Shown piece after piece: positions 27,435 to 41,893 of a stretch of DNA of 64,000 nt. Origin of the DNA: Paraspadella gotoi (taxonomy: Eukaryota; Animalia; Chaetognatha). The translations under genes and the position numbers were made by a program. Positions within the stretch are counted from its first letter, which is position 1. Each line of letters opens with the position of its first letter. Location: assembly GCA_051294375.1 (NCBI GenBank), contig CM119270.1:6272162-6336161 (forward strand). The letters run 5' to 3'. Under the pieces are notes generated by a model. It did no database searches, was not told the DNA's origin, and saw only the letters and a program-made list of their open reading frames with translations.

Positions 27435-28134
27435 GGGAAAAAAAGTGGAGAAAAGGAGATAGTGAGAGTGAGGAAGGATAGAACACCAATTTTTAAGTGC
27501 GAAGTTCAGAGACAAGGGAGATGGCTGTGAGTATGCGAAGGCAGGGTTAACTTAAGTGAAAGAAAAGTTTTTGAAGGGGCGGAGATAGAAAATAGAAAAA
27601 AAAAAAAAGAAAAAAAATAAGCGAAAAGATAAGTCCTATTAATTACAAGTTGTTAGAGGATTAAAGTCATAAAATACATGAAGTCGGATGGAGTGATTAG
27701 AAAACAGTGCTTTGGTGGGAATAGCAATTATAAACGAATCAATTTAAGCGGAGAGAACAGGAATATTCTACAAATAATAATAAACTTATTTTAATTATTC
27801 TTATTAATTTCCTAACTTTCCGTCTCCCTTTTTTTTATCCCCTTCCCACTCGATTCCTGCACTCCCAATCAAACGACGACATTTCATCTTCTTCCAATCT
27901 CTCTCTCACCTCATTTGGCGTCTACATCCATCTCTCTTACACTTTCTCATTTTTTAACCCACTCACCCCTCTCAACCCTCCTTCTCTCCACCCCACTCCT
28001 CCTCGAACGCTTCCCGATGGCGGTACCTTCGACATCCCTAGCGGCGCTAGGTGGCGTCTCAAATGTTGTTGTGGAATTACGATGATATGAGAGAGAGATG
28101 AGAGGAGAGAGAGAAGAGAGGAGAGAGAGAAAGA

Positions 28135-28165
<31 letters not shown>

Positions 28166-28875
28166 AATATAAGGGAGGTATAGAAAGCCGAGTCCTCTTC
28201 TTTTCTTCCTTTCTTCTCTCTCTCTCTCTCTCCTTCACTCTTCGACCTGATCATCTCTCTCTCTCTCTCTCTCTCCTTCTCTCTCTCTCTCTCTCTCTCT
28301 CCATATTCATCTGTAATTCACAACAACATTTGAGACGCCACCCTGCGCCGCGGGAGTGAAGGACCCGCCCACTCGGGAGCGTTCGAGGGTGGGGTGGAGG
28401 AGCAAGGAGGGTGAGGGGGTGAGGGGGTTAAAAAATGGAGAGTGGTAGGAGATGGTGTGACGCAATTGAGGGTTGAGAGAGAGATTGAGAAGATGAATGT
28501 CGTCGTTTGATTGGAGTCGGAATCGAGTGGGAAAGGATAAAAAAAGGGAGGACGAAAGTTAGGAATTTATATAAATATTAAATAAGTTTATTATTATTTG
28601 TAGAATATTTCCTTTCTCTCCCTTAATTATTTCTTTATTATTGCTTCCCCACCTGTTTTCCTATCACTCCATCCTTCATTATCTTTTATTTAATCCTTTC
28701 TAACTTTATTAATAGACTTATCTTTCCTTTTTTTTTCTATTTTCTATCTCCCTTCAAACTTTTCTTCCTTTACATTCCTCCTTCCTCCTCAGTCCTCTCC
28801 CTTTCCTAACTTCGCCTTAAAATTGTGTTCTATCCTTCCTCCACTCTCAACTATCTCCCTTTTCTCCACTTTTCC
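27435..28875. repeat. Inverted repeat (fold-back) with arms of about 0.6-0.7 kb centred near 28200
   Basis: GGCGTCTCAAATGTTGTTGTG(G)AATTAC (about 28053) vs GTAATTCACAACAACATTTGAGACGCC (about 28313); GAATATTCTACAAATAATAATAAACTTATTT vs AAATAAGTTTATTATTATTTGTAGAATATT; GAGGAAGGATAGAACAC vs GTGTTCTATCCTTCCTC. Confidence 0.9.
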
Positions 28876-31800
28876 TCCAGCTATCCTCACCCTCATTCCT
28901 CTGAATTTCCGTCCCTTTCCTTCCCTCTTCTNNNNNNNNNNNNNNNNNNNNNNNNNNNNNNNNNNNNNNNNNNNNNNNNNNNNNNNNNNNNNNNNNNNNN
29001 NNNNNNNNNNNNNNNNNNNNNNNNNNNNNNNNNNNNNNNNNNNNNNNNNNNNNNNNNNNNNNNNNNNNNNNNNNNNNNNNNNNNNNNNNNNNNNNNNNNN
29101 NNNNNNNNNNNNNNNNNNNNNNNNNNNNNNNNNNNNNNNNNNNNNNNNNNNNNNNNNCCTCTTTTCTCCCTTATATCCTCCCCCACTTTGCTCCCTCTTT
29201 AACTCGATCAGATCCGTTTATTCTTCCGACTTTTTTCCGTTCAAGTTTTTTTTTTGTCAAAAACTTAAAACGAAACTGACGTCTTTTTCCTTCTCGTTTT
29301 GACGAAGAAGGGAGGAAGAGAAAAGCAAATGGAGGAAGGAAAAAGGAGGTAGAGGGAGGAAAAGAGAAAAGGGTGAAACGTTAAAAGAAAGCCACCGCTA
29401 ATTACACACGTAGCTTATTTATTTTCCCAACTCGAATTGTCAATTTTTTTTACGGCCATGAACGATATTTTCTAAGACAACTCGGACGACGTCAACGACG
29501 ACTACAAAGATGACGACGACAAAAATGTTGACGACGACGACGACGACGACGTCTACGGCCAGTGCAAAAATGGCACAACGACGAACGCAGACTCTGCGAC
29601 AATCGCCACCCGTTTCTGTCGGTGTCCTTTGCCCTCATTTCTCCAACCTCATTTTCCGAAGAGACTTTATCGTCGCGATTGGTGGGCGTCGTCGCCATCG
29701 TCGTCTTCGTCGTCGTCGTCACCTCCATCGCCGTTTCCCCCCGCAAAGCAGGAAATAAAAAAGTGAGGAAAGATCAGAATCAACGGCGCATTTCTATTCT
29801 CCTTTTATTCGTGGGCGGTTACCCCTACTTACTCTACTTACCATTCTAACTCTCGTTGTCCTACTTACTCCACTTACCCTCGCTCCTCACTTACCCTAGC
29901 TTTTCGCATTTAGATCCTTCGCTCTTTCTTTTTTCCTATCTCTCTCTCTCTCTCTCTTTCTCTCTCGCTCTCTCTCTCTCTATCTCTCTCTCTCTTTCTA
30001 TTCTCTCGTCTTTTTCTTCTTTTTTATTTTTTCTTCCTCTACTTTTCTTTTCTTTCTTTTTGTTTTCATTATATTTTTTTCTCTCATTATTTTTCTCTTT
30101 TCATTCCTTTCCTCTTTCACTTCCTCCTCATAACACCCGCTTTCCGTTCCCCCTCTTCTTCCTCCCCTCTATCCCCTTACCATCTTTCCTCCCTCTTCCT
30201 CCCTTTCTTCTTCTCCCTCCCCTTCTTCCTCTCTCCTCGTTTTCCCTTAACAAGAGGGCGAATGTCGTGAACGAGCGAAATTCCGTCGCCAGCGACCCAG
30301 CCCGATTTGGGCGTCACAACGAAAGGAGGAAAGAAGAAATCCTCGGTCGAAATTAAAAAAAAACTGATATAATATTTTATAAATCAAAGTGTGATTTTAA
30401 TCTTATAAAAATAAATCAGATAGTATGGTTTACTTAAATTATTCAAAATCTCTCACATACCAAAACTCATGATGATTTCGCCTTTTCTCTTTTCATAGTG
30501 ACGACGTTGAGACCGACGATTTCACTTTTTTCCCTCGTTCATTTGAGAGTTCCAACCGCTGACGACGCGAATCGCCGCCAAAACGACGACATAAAAATTC
30601 CCCCTCGCGCGACGTCAGNNNNNNNNNNNNNNNNNNNNNNNNNNNNNNNNNNNNNNNNNNNNNNNNNNNNNNNNNNNNNNNNNNNNNNNNNNNNNNNNNN
30701 NNNNNNNNNNNNNNNNNNNNNNNNNNNNNNNNNNNNNNNNNNNNNNNNNNNNNNNNNNNNNNNNNNNNNNNNNNNNNNNNNNNNNNNNNNNNNNNNNNNN
30801 NNNNNNNNNNNNNNNNNNNNNNNNNNNNNNNNNNNNNNNNNNNNNNNNNNNNNNNNNNNNNNNNNNNNNNNNNNNNNNNNNNNNNNNNNNNNNNNNNNNN
30901 NNNNNNNNNNNNNNNNNNNNNNNNNNNNNNNNNNNNNNNNNNNNNNNNNNNNNNNNNNNNNNNNNNNNNNNNNNNNNNNNNNNNNNNNNNNNNNNNNNNN
31001 NNNNNNNNNNNNNNNNNNNNNNNNNNNNNNNNNNNNNNNNNNNNNNNNNNNNNNNNNNNNNNNNNNNNNNNNNNNNNNNNNNNNNNNNNNNNNNNNNNNN
31101 NNTCTCTCTCTCTCTCTCTCTCCTCTTTTCATTGTCAAAGGTCCGAAAGAATTATTTCGTTTAAGATTCCGATCTTTTTCTAAGAAAAAAATTTCGCTTT
31201 GAATATTTTTTTTTTCAAGAAAAATCGTGGAAGGCGACAATGAACGATCACAGAGTTTGAATGTGAAAAGAAGGAAGTGAGAAAGTGTGAAGGGTTAGAG
31301 TGAACAGCGGGTAGTGAAAATAAAATACGATTAAACGTGCACTATTCAAATAGATTCTACGGCGAAGGTAAGATTTTCATAAGGACAAGTCATAAATATT
31401 ATGAAATATAAAACAGTATTATCAAATAATACTCTTTTTTCAACAGTTGATTATCAATCTAGTCATCCTTACCTAATTCTTTTTAACTCTCCCTCCCTTC
31501 TCTCTCCCATCCTCCCGCCTTCCTCCCTTTCTGTCTCAACTCTATCCCCTTCTTTTCTTCTAAATCCATTTCCTTCCTGCCTCCTTTTTTCCCCTTCCTC
31601 CTTTTCGCCCTCTCCTTTTATTTCTCGTCTCCCTTTCGTTTCCCCTAATTTCTGAAGCCATTTTCCTTATGTCTGTTTCCTTCCTCCCTCCTTTTTTTGT
31701 TTTCTTCCTCCTTTCCACTCTCTCTCTTTCTTTCTTGTCTCTCTACTACCTTTCCTTCCTTTTCTCCCTTCTTTCCTTTTAAAGCCATTTCCCTTGTCTT

Positions 31801-32583
31801 TGATTCTTCCCTCCCTTCCTCTCTTCCTCTACCTCCTTTCCACCCTCTCCCTTTTCTTACTCGACTCTCTCCTCCCTTTATTCCTCTTCCTCCCTTTCCT
31901 CCTTCATTCCTTCTAAAGCCATTTCCCTCGCCTCCAAATCGCTTTCCTCCAAATTGAGATGGAATCATTTTTCGTGTTTGAAGGCGAATCATCTTCTTCG
32001 TCGTTGTCATCGTCGTCGTCGTCGTTGTCTTCGTCGTGAGATCATCATTGTTGTCAATGTGAACATCTTGAGCATCGATCATCCGTGAGATAAAAAAGAC
32101 TCGACATCCATCGTTTAAGAAAATATCAATACTTATATTTGTTAACAGTAAAATCTATAATGTCAAATTTTGCTATGATTTCGAGCTGAGTTTTCTGGTA
32201 TTTTTTTTTTATTCGTTAATTTTAAAACCCGAAAAACGACTTAATACCTCAAAAAATGTTAATTAGTACAGCTCAATAGATTTAATTTGATTTAAATTTT
32301 TTTCCTGCCATCAACTCAGATAGACGTATCATGCTGAGATCGAAAGTCTATCTAAAGTCTATCTAAAGTCTCTCTTTGTCTCTCGGTTCTCTCTCTATTT
32401 TGATATCAGAGAAAGAATAGAAAATGTGATGAAAAAAATTAAAATACAGATGTCGTGAGAGGGTAAAAAAAGAAATGTTTCCCTCATTTTTAACTTTTGC
32501 TCTTCAAATTATTCTTTTTAACATATTTTCAATTCTGTGGGTTTTTCAAAGATTCATTGACTTGTCTTCTGAATGTCATTCAT

Positions 32584-32650
<67 letters not shown>

Positions 32651-33710
32651 TACTTCTTCCCTCTTTAACTCTTTCTTGCTCATGAATATTGTTATGCAAA
32701 AGGGAATATTTTCTGCCTCTTTTCTATTCCCTTTCTCGTGAAGGAAAATTCAATTTTGAATTTCGACTTCCTTCTTCCATTCTTCATTCATTGCACCATT
32801 CATTCAATGCTCCTTTCATTCATTGCTCTCCTTATTTAATGCACCATTCATTCATTGCATAATTCATTCATTGAACCATTCATTCATTGCTCCCTTTATT
32901 CATCGCACCATTCATTCAATGCTACGTTCATTCTTAGTACCATTTATTCTTTGCTTGATTCATTCGTCACTCCATGTAAAACCTAAACGCCATGTAGTTT
33001 TCTCACTAGTAAAGTTTAAAAAAAATAAATGCANNNNNNNNNNNNNNNNNNNNNNNNNNNNNNNNNNNNNNNNNNNNNNNNNNNNNNNNNNNNNNNNNNN
33101 NNNNNNNNNNNNNNNNNNNNNNNNNNNNNNNNNNNNNNNNNNNNNNNNNNNNNNNNNNNNNNNNNNNNNNNNNNNNNNNNNNNNNNNNNNNNNNNNNNNN
33201 NNNNNNNNNNNNNNNNNNNNNNNNNNNNNNNNNNNNNNNNNNNNNNNNNNNNNNNNNNNNNNNNNNNNNNNNNNNNNNNNNNNNNNNNNNNNNNNNNNNN
33301 NNNNNNNNNNNNNNNNNNNNNNNNNNNNNNNNNNNNNNNNNNNNNNNNNNNNNNNNNNNNNNNNNNNNNNNNNNNNNNNNNNNNNNNNNNNNNNNNNNNN
33401 NNNNNNNNNNNNNNNNNNNNNNNNNNNNNNNNNNNNNNNNNNNNNNNNNNNNNNNNNNNNNNNNNNNNNNNNNNNNNNNNNNNNNNNNNNNNNNNNNNNN
33501 NNNNNNNNNNNNNNNNNNNNNNNNNNNNNNNNNNNNNNNNNNNNNNNNNNNNNNNNNNNNNNNNNNNNNNNNNNTTTTAATTTATTTTCAAAACGCTTAT
33601 TCGTCCACAAACGGACTTTCGCTTAATTAGTCTCTTTTTTTTAAAAGAGGGAGAAATGATATTTCACGGTTTGAAAAATATTAGTCGCATTAAGTAGAAA
33701 CCAGTTAATC

Positions 33711-33799
33711 ATAGATGTTTAAATATTTTAATGATAGATGTTTAAATATTTTAATGATAGAAGTTTAAATACTTTTATGATAGATGTTTAAATATTTTT
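33711..33799 (+). repeat. 23-bp tandem repeat, about 4 copies
   Basis: Unit ATAGATGTTTAAATATTTTAATG. Confidence 0.85.
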
Positions 33800-34959
33800 T
33801 CTCCTTTCATCGGAGGCTAGTCTGGGTGTCACATTTTTTAATAAAAATCAACTTTAAAAAATCATCAAATCCGTAGGGAATGGAATGAAACAAGGATAGA
33901 AAAATATATATTTGTTAATAATCAAGTATTTTGATATAAATAATTTCATTTTAGTACCTACAAATGTTTGTAAGAATCAAATATATATTAACATAGAGGA
34001 ACCAAAGCACAAAAATAAAAAGGAAGGCCAAAAATATGGAAGAATAGCTTCAGCGGAAAATCATAAAGTTTTTGCCGATGACTTGACAAAAGATCAAAAG
34101 CTGAAAAGGGAGGATGAGGAGGAGGAAAAAAGTAGGAGGAGGAAGAGAAGAATGAAAGGATGAGGAAGAGGATGAGGAGGAGGAGGAGGTGGTGGTGGAA
34201 GATATGGAAAATAAAAAGTATATAGATTTTCTTCATACATTGATTAAATCTTGCAGAGACCTGCTTTGTCATTATCTTGTAAGAGTTATGGAGGCCTTAA
34301 ACCACCAATGCCTGTTCAATAAGGCGTAGTAAAATTTCTAAATTTAACTTTAATTAAAATTCTAAAAGTGAGGAACGAACAACATTATACTAATGAACAT
34401 CTATGTAATAAAAAAATTTTTAATAAAATTTTACAATTTACGCATTAGGCCATATTCATACTAGTACTAAACCAGTAAATGTTAAAATTTCAAAACANNN
34501 NNNNNNNNNNNNNNNNNNNNNNAGAAGACGAGACCAGGCGACGGAAGAGAAAGAAAGAAAGCAAAGATCAAGAAAGAAAGAAAAAAAGAAAGAAAGGAAA
34601 GACAGAAAGACAGGGAAAAAGAAAAGAAAGAATAGAAGGAAATGAAAGAAAGAAAAGAAGCAGACAAGAAACAGAAAGAAACAAACAGAACAGAAAGGGG
34701 AAGAAAGAAAGAAGGAAAAGACAGGAAGAACAGAAAGAAAGAAGCGAACAACAAGAAGAAACAAAGAAGAAAGCCAAAGAACAGCCAAAGAACAAGAAAC
34801 AAAGAATAGAAAGAAAGATAGACAAGCAAAGAAAGCCAAAGAAAGAGAGAGAGATAGAACAGGAGAGAGACGTTCTCCTTCCCTCCATCGGTCAGGAGAT
34901 TTTGGACCCGAAAATTCCGTCTCCCCCGGAATTCGTCGCATACTTACGTGCGTTCGCCT

Positions 34960-37653
34960 CGTGCAAATCCGTGCCGGGCCTATGGGCCGAAGCGGCGGAT
35001 ACAAACGGACATTGGTGACTGTAAGACAAAGGATCGCGCCGAAATTAAGCGAAAAGACACTTGGCCATGTGCAATGACATCAACCGGTCGCGGAAATAAA
35101 GACGGAAAAGCGACATCTGGAGTGTGCATGTTGAGACAAAGGTCGCGCGCCGAAAATAAAGCGAAAGGACATTGGACTGTGAGACAATAAGGGTCGCCGG
35201 AAATAAATGCGAAAAGGACATTGCGTGTGCCAGACAAAGCCAGATCTAGCGAATTTAAAGCAGAACAGAAAAGGACATTGTGGATGTGAGCACACTAACG
35301 GCTTCCAGCACATCATCCTGACAGAGCGAACAAGAGACATCTGCGCTATCAGTAGACAAAGGTATCGTGGAAATAAATCGGGAAAACGACATATTAGCAT
35401 TGAGATTACAACGGTCGTAGAATAATGTCGCTGGCATATGACGAAATAAAAAGCACAGAGTAACAAAAAATAAACAACAACAACAACCCCTCACACTATT
35501 TAATTCCATATTTATATTTTTTGTTACAATGTTTCCTTTCACTTTCTCTTACTGCCTCTATTCACATGTTTTCCTCTGCTCCCTTGCCACTTTCGTTTCT
35601 TTCGGCATGCACCATCCTCGCATCGCGCAGGCCACGTCAGTTTTAACCACTTTTATCTTTTGCATTCGCACGCTGCGGCGGCCGAGCAAAAGGCAGCCCG
35701 AAAGCGAGGAAAGCCGAGGAGCGGACAAGAAAAAAAGGACCAGAAAAGGTAAACAAAAGACAGAAGACATCGAGAAAAAAAGCCGCGAAAAAGAAAACAA
35801 AAAAATATTCAAACAAAGTAGAGACAAAACGAGAGCAAAGAAACATGAGCACAAAACCAAGCGAAATGCCCCACTGCGTGATGCTCGCTCTCTCTCTCCT
35901 CTCTCCTCTCTCTCCTCTCTCTCTCTCTCTCTCTTCTCCTTTCTCTCTCTCTACATCTTTCGCGGCAATGATCCGAGCACGCAAGCCATGCGTCAGTTCT
36001 CCCGAACGTGCAATCCGGCCAGCGAAAGGTCGCGTGGAGTGAGACGGATGAAAGGGAGGTCATGAGCAGGAAAGGAAACAAAAATGGAAAGGAGGCGAAA
36101 GGAAAAGAATGAGACGTCGAAGAGAAAATCGAAGTGTAATGAGAAAACATCAAAATTTCATTCTTCGTCTCTTCTCGGCTTTTTTTTTTTCTACGCCTTG
36201 CCACAACATTGTTTCCGAACACGGCTAATGGATCCAGAGCGGAGAGGCAGAGAGAGGCATGAGCAGACGAGAACTCGAGCAGAGACGCATGTAGCAGAGA
36301 TGATGAGCACGAGAGCAGAGCCAGATGACGACAGAGCAGATCTCGAGAGAGAGAGAGAGTGAGATAGATCTATTAAGAGACAATTATTCTGAGAGATATA
36401 CTAAATGGAAAAAGGCGTTCGAGACTTATGGACAGCTATCTCGAGGTGTTTCCGGGAGCCACCTCGCCGGTTCGGGCGCGCGGCCGGCCGGGTCGGCAGA
36501 TATTACCGGACGCAGATCGCTGGACAGGAAAAGGACCGGCCAACAGCAAAAAGTAAAAGGAAAGGCGGCGGGAAAGCAGAAGAAGTAGTGAAAAGAACAG
36601 AAACGACAATGAAAATGACAAGAACAGAAAGAAAGAAAGAAAGATAAGATACAGCAAAGAAAGACGAAGCACAAGAAACGAAAAAAAGAGAGAAATTACG
36701 TGTAGTGGTGCGCGTGTGTCTGAAAGATACACGGCTGTGGGTGAAAGCGGGTCGCCCTTTAGGGCGAATATGGACACTGAAAGAATTACTTAGGTGAAAA
36801 ATGAAGGAAAAAGACAAAAAAAAAAACGAGAAAAAAAGGTCAGCACAAACAAAGAAAAGATAAGAGTTCGGAAATTTTTTAAGCTTGAGATCGCGTGGAA
36901 TATAAATTAAAGCGCGAAAACAATGCATCGTGAAAAAAGAAAAGAAAGATTAAGAAAGCAAACGAAAGAAAGAAAGAAGAAAGGAAAGAAAGAAAGCAAC
37001 TAAACGAAAGAAAGAGTCGCCTGAGAAATGCAAAGAACGAAAGAAATAATGCCATAGAAAGATAAGAAGAATGGTACAACTGGACGATTGGACTTCGCAC
37101 CCTTAAATCGCTTTTTTCGGCCCACAAAATCCATGAAGACGAAAAAGGGCAAATAATGAAGAAAAAGATTAAAAAGAATGCGCGATATTGAAAAAAAACT
37201 AATATCACATAGGCCATCTAAAAATAGACAGAATGATTTAGCATATAGCTCCAGCATATACTTATTTTATAATGCGCTATTTTCATTACACGCACCCCGT
37301 AGCCGGATTACCATTTAAATAATTCTTGACTTCATATTTTTTTTCCTCCTTTTTTTAAAATTTTTTTTTATGTTTTTCTTTCACAATTCTTACATCAATC
37401 TTTTATTTTTTCTCGCTCTCCCGTTGACTTTTTCTTTCTCAGGTCGTCTCCTTATTTTTTTTTTTAATTTTTTTTCAAATAATTTTAATCGTTGACAAAA
37501 AAAAAAATTTTGATTAAACATATTTAAAAAAAAAAAATAAAATGCGAAGACATGAAAAAAAAATCCTCCCAATTTCTTGCAGCTCATTAATCGTCGGCCT
37601 TTTGTTGTGGTTTAGGGCCGTTCCCCCATCAATACCTACTCTCTCTCTCTCTC

Positions 37654-37697
<44 letters not shown>

Positions 37698-40600
37698 CAT
37701 CTTCTCTCTCTTCTCTCCTCTCTTGTTCTCCTCTGTTTTCTTTGTTGTTCCTTCTCCGTCTTCGTTAGCAGCAAGCTTCCCATTCTCTTCACTGCTCTCT
37801 ACAGCTTCACGCTTTTCCAACACCGCAGTTCATCGTTGTTTTTGCTTCTCACTTTTTACAGTAAATTTTAAAATTTTTACAATTTTTTGTAACAACGAAA
37901 CTAAAAATTAAATTTTAAATCCCGAATAATAAAATTTTATCATCTATTTTTGGTCATTTTTGCTGCGAGACAATGATCATCATCATTGTTCGCTTCTACT
38001 GCTCGTCTCCCTTTTTACCCCACTTCTCACACGCCCCCCTTCTTTCACTCTCCCTCTTTTCTCACAAGCGATCTCAACGACTTTCTCCCTCATTCCGCCC
38101 TCTTTCATTGCTCCCTCGGACGTTGATTGGCGCCTTTTTTTTCTGGCCAAAAACTGACGAAACACGAGAGAGATGGAGAGAGGGAACGATTGAGGGAGGA
38201 GAGCAGAGAGAGAGAGACGAGGAAGGAGAGAAGAGAGAAGAGGAGGAGAGAATGAGACGTGAGAGCAGGAGAAGGAGTGAAGAGCGAGATGAACGAGAGA
38301 GACGAGAGAACGGGACATGACATATGTGATTCTCGGTGGACAGACGATGTGAATGATCACTACTTTCGTATTCACGTCAGTGTGCGGCTGCGGAGAGCAG
38401 AAACGAGACGAGAGAGAGACGAGGAGAGAGCAGAGATGAGAAGAGAGAGGAGAGAGAGACGACGAGATGAGAGAGAGAGACAGAGACGAGAGACATGAAG
38501 AGAAAAGCCATTCGAGGCAATGCAAAAAGCAAAAAAAACTAATTTTTTAAATCAATCTACTACATTAATTTTAATCGTCTTATCTACTAATTAACCATTT
38601 TAACTTTACGGAAAGTTTAACATACTTTGCAAAATACCCAACCAAAATTGAAAACCAACCGGCGAAAGAAAAAAAAAATTGAGATAAGAATATTATTTTG
38701 CGCGGCTTTGAGAGGTGACCACTTCCTCGTATTTCAACTCTTTCTCTTTTTTGCCATCATTTCGGGCCAACTCCGGCTTTAAAATCTCTCCTCTCTCTCT
38801 TCTCTCTCAGTCTCTCTCTCTTCTCTCTCTCTTTCTCTCTCCTCTTTCTCTTCCATCTCACTTCTCTCTTCTCCTCTCTCTCTTCTCTCTTTCTCTTCTC
38901 TTCTCTCCTCTCTCCGGTGTCATGCGCGAAATAGGAATTTTAGCGACCATGATTGGGGCTACTTCATGAAAGCATGTTGGCAATAGCATTTGGCGGCACA
39001 TAAAGTTGAGTCACCCACTCGCTTTTGCACTCCAGTCTCTGCGTCTCTCTCGTGCATCGTCTCTTCGTCAGTCTTGCTCTCTCTCTCGTCTCTCGTCGTG
39101 TCTGCCTCGGTCTCAGTCGTGCTCTCTCGCTCTCTCTTTTATTTTTATCGGTTGCCCTCTACCTGAATTGAAAGGCCGGCGAAGATGGAAGAGAAAAAAA
39201 ATGAAGCACGGGTATGATGCGTGGGGAGGAGCTGGGTGGGCGCGGCGGGCGGCGGGCGGGCGGGCGGCGTGTTGCAGCGTCTACCAAAAAAGATTTCCGG
39301 GGTTATTGCGGGAGTCAAAAGATGATTTAGATGTGGGAAGAGAGGGGCTTCGGGGCAGAGGTTGTTGTTCATAGTGGGGTATGCGATATATTGAATTAAA
39401 TTTGATTTGAGATTTACTAGTGACAGAAAACGTTATTAATTAATTAATATTATCTAATATTTAATGGATACAAAAAAATATTGGCAACTTTTAATTGTCC
39501 TGTTGTCATTGTCATCCGTTTCATCGGCGGCAATATATCGCCTTTGGCTTATTCCCCCTCCTCTTCCTCTTTCTCCTCCTCATCCTCCTCCTCCTCTTCA
39601 TCTTTTCATCGCCGGTTCCTTTGCCAAAATCCTTTCATTAGCGAATCTTTGGCTTAAAATTCATTTACGACAAAAACCGAGAGAGNNNNNNNNNNNNNNN
39701 NNNNNNNNNNNNNNNNNNNNNNNNNNNNNNNNNNNNNNNNNNNNNNNNNNNNNNNNNNNNNNNNNNNNNNNNNNNNNNNNNNNNNNNNNNNNNNNNNNNN
39801 NNNNNNNNNNNNNNNNNNNNNNNNNNNNNNNNNNNNNNNNNNNNNNNNNNNNNNNNNNNNNNNNNNNNNNNNNNNNNNNNNNTTTTTTTTCCTTCGGTTT
39901 TCAATTTTGTTGGGTATTTGCAAATAGTATGTTTAAACCCTGTAGAACGTTAAAAGTTAAAAAAATTGGTTGAATTAAGGTAAGACAATATAACGAACTT
40001 AAATTATTAAAATGTAGTTTGATGCNNNNNNNNNNNNNNNNNNNNNNNNNNNNNNNNNNNNNNNNNNNNNNNNNNNNNNNNNNNNNNNNNNNNNNNNNNN
40101 NNNNNNNNNNNNNNNNNNNNNNNNNNNNNNNNNNNNNNNNNNNNNNNNNNNNNNNNNNNNNNNNNNNNNNNNNNNNNNNNNNNNNNNNNNNNNNNNNNNN
40201 NNNNNNNNNNNNNNNNNNNNNNNNNNNNNNNNNNNNNNNNNNNNNNNNNNNNNNNNNNNNNNNNNNNNNNNNNNNNNNNNNNNNNNNNNNNNNNNNNNNN
40301 NNNNNNNNNNNNNNNNNNNNNNNNNNNNNNNNNNNNNNNNNNNNNNNNNNNNNNNNNNNNNNNNNNNNNNNNNNNNNNNNNNNNNNNNNNNNNNNNNNNN
40401 NNNNNNNNNNNNNNNNNNNNNNNNNNNNNNNNNNNNNNNNNNNNNNNNNNNNNNNNNNNNNNNNNNNNNNNNNNNNNNNNNNNNNNNNNNNNNNNNNNNN
40501 NNNNNNNNNNNNNNNNNNNNNNNNNNNNNNNNNNNNNNNNNNNNNNNNNNNNNNNNNNNNNNNNNNNNNNNNNNNNNNNNNNNNNNNNNNNNNNNNNNNN

Positions 40601-41825
40601 NNNNNNNNNNNNNNNNNNNNNNNNNNNNNNNNNNNNNNNNNNNNNNNNNNNNNNNNNNNNNNNNNNNNNNNNNNNNNNNNNNNNNNNNNNNNNNNNNNNN
40701 NNNNNNNNNNNNNNNNNNNNNNNNNNNNNNNNNNNNNNNNNNNNNNNNNNNNNNNNNNNNNNNNNNNNNNNNNNNNNNNNNNNNNNNNNNNNNNNNNNNN
40801 NNNNNNNNNNNNNNNNNNNNNNNNNNNNNNNNNNNNNNNNNNNNNNNNNNNNNNNNNNNNNNNNNNNNNNNNNNNNNNNNNNGGGGGGTGTGAGAAGGTG
40901 TGGTAAAAGGGACGACAGTGAAGCGAACAATATGATATCATTGTCTCACAAAAATGACCAAAAATTAATGATAAAATTTATTATTCGGGATTTAAAATTT
41001 AATTTTTAGTTTGTTACAAAAAAAAAATTTAAAATTTTACTAAAAAGTGAGAACAAAAACAACGCCTGAACTCGGTGTTGAAAAGCGTNNNNNNNNNNNN
41101 NNNNNNNNNNNNNNNNNNNNNNNNNNNNNNNNNNNNNNNNNNNNNNNNNNNNNNNNNNNNNNNNNNNNNNNNNNNNNNNNNNNNNNNNNNNNNNNNNNNN
41201 NNNNNNNNNNNNNNNNNNNNNNNNNNNNNNNNNNNNNNNNNNNNNNNNNNNNNNNNNNNNNNNNNNNNNNNNNNNNNNNNNNNNNNNNNNNNNNNNNNNN
41301 NNNNNNNNNNNNNNNNNNNNNNNNNNNNNNNNNNNNNNNNNNNNNNNNNNNNNNNNNNNNNNNNNNNNNNNNNNAAATTTTTTTTTTGTCAACGAATTAA
41401 AATTAATTTGAAAAAAAAAATATAAAAAAAATAAGGAGACGAAACCTGAGAAGAGAAAAAGTCAACGGGAGACGAGAAAAAATAAGATTGATGTAGAAAT
41501 TGAAAAGAAAACAATAAAAAATTTTAAAAAAGGAGGAAAAAAATATGAGCAAGAATTATTTAAAATGGTAATCCGGCTACCGTGTAATGAAAATAGCATT
41601 ATAAAATAGTATACTGGAGCTATATCTAAATCATTCTTGTCTATTTTTAACTCCTATGTCTATTGTTTTTTTCATTCCTTCTTTTTATCTTTTTTCCTTC
41701 ATTATTTCCCTTTTTCGTCTTTCATGGATTTTGTGGCCGAAAAAAGCGATTTAAGGGTCGAAGTTCCATCGTCCAGTTGTCCATCTTCTTTCTTTCTATC
41801 TTATTTCTTTCTTTCTTTCTTTCTC

Positions 41826-41893
<68 letters not shown>

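Noticed and set aside
28044-28058. CTCF-like motif GCGCTAGGTGGCGTC
   Set aside because: Single motif in an error-prone fold-back arm; the partner arm does not preserve it.
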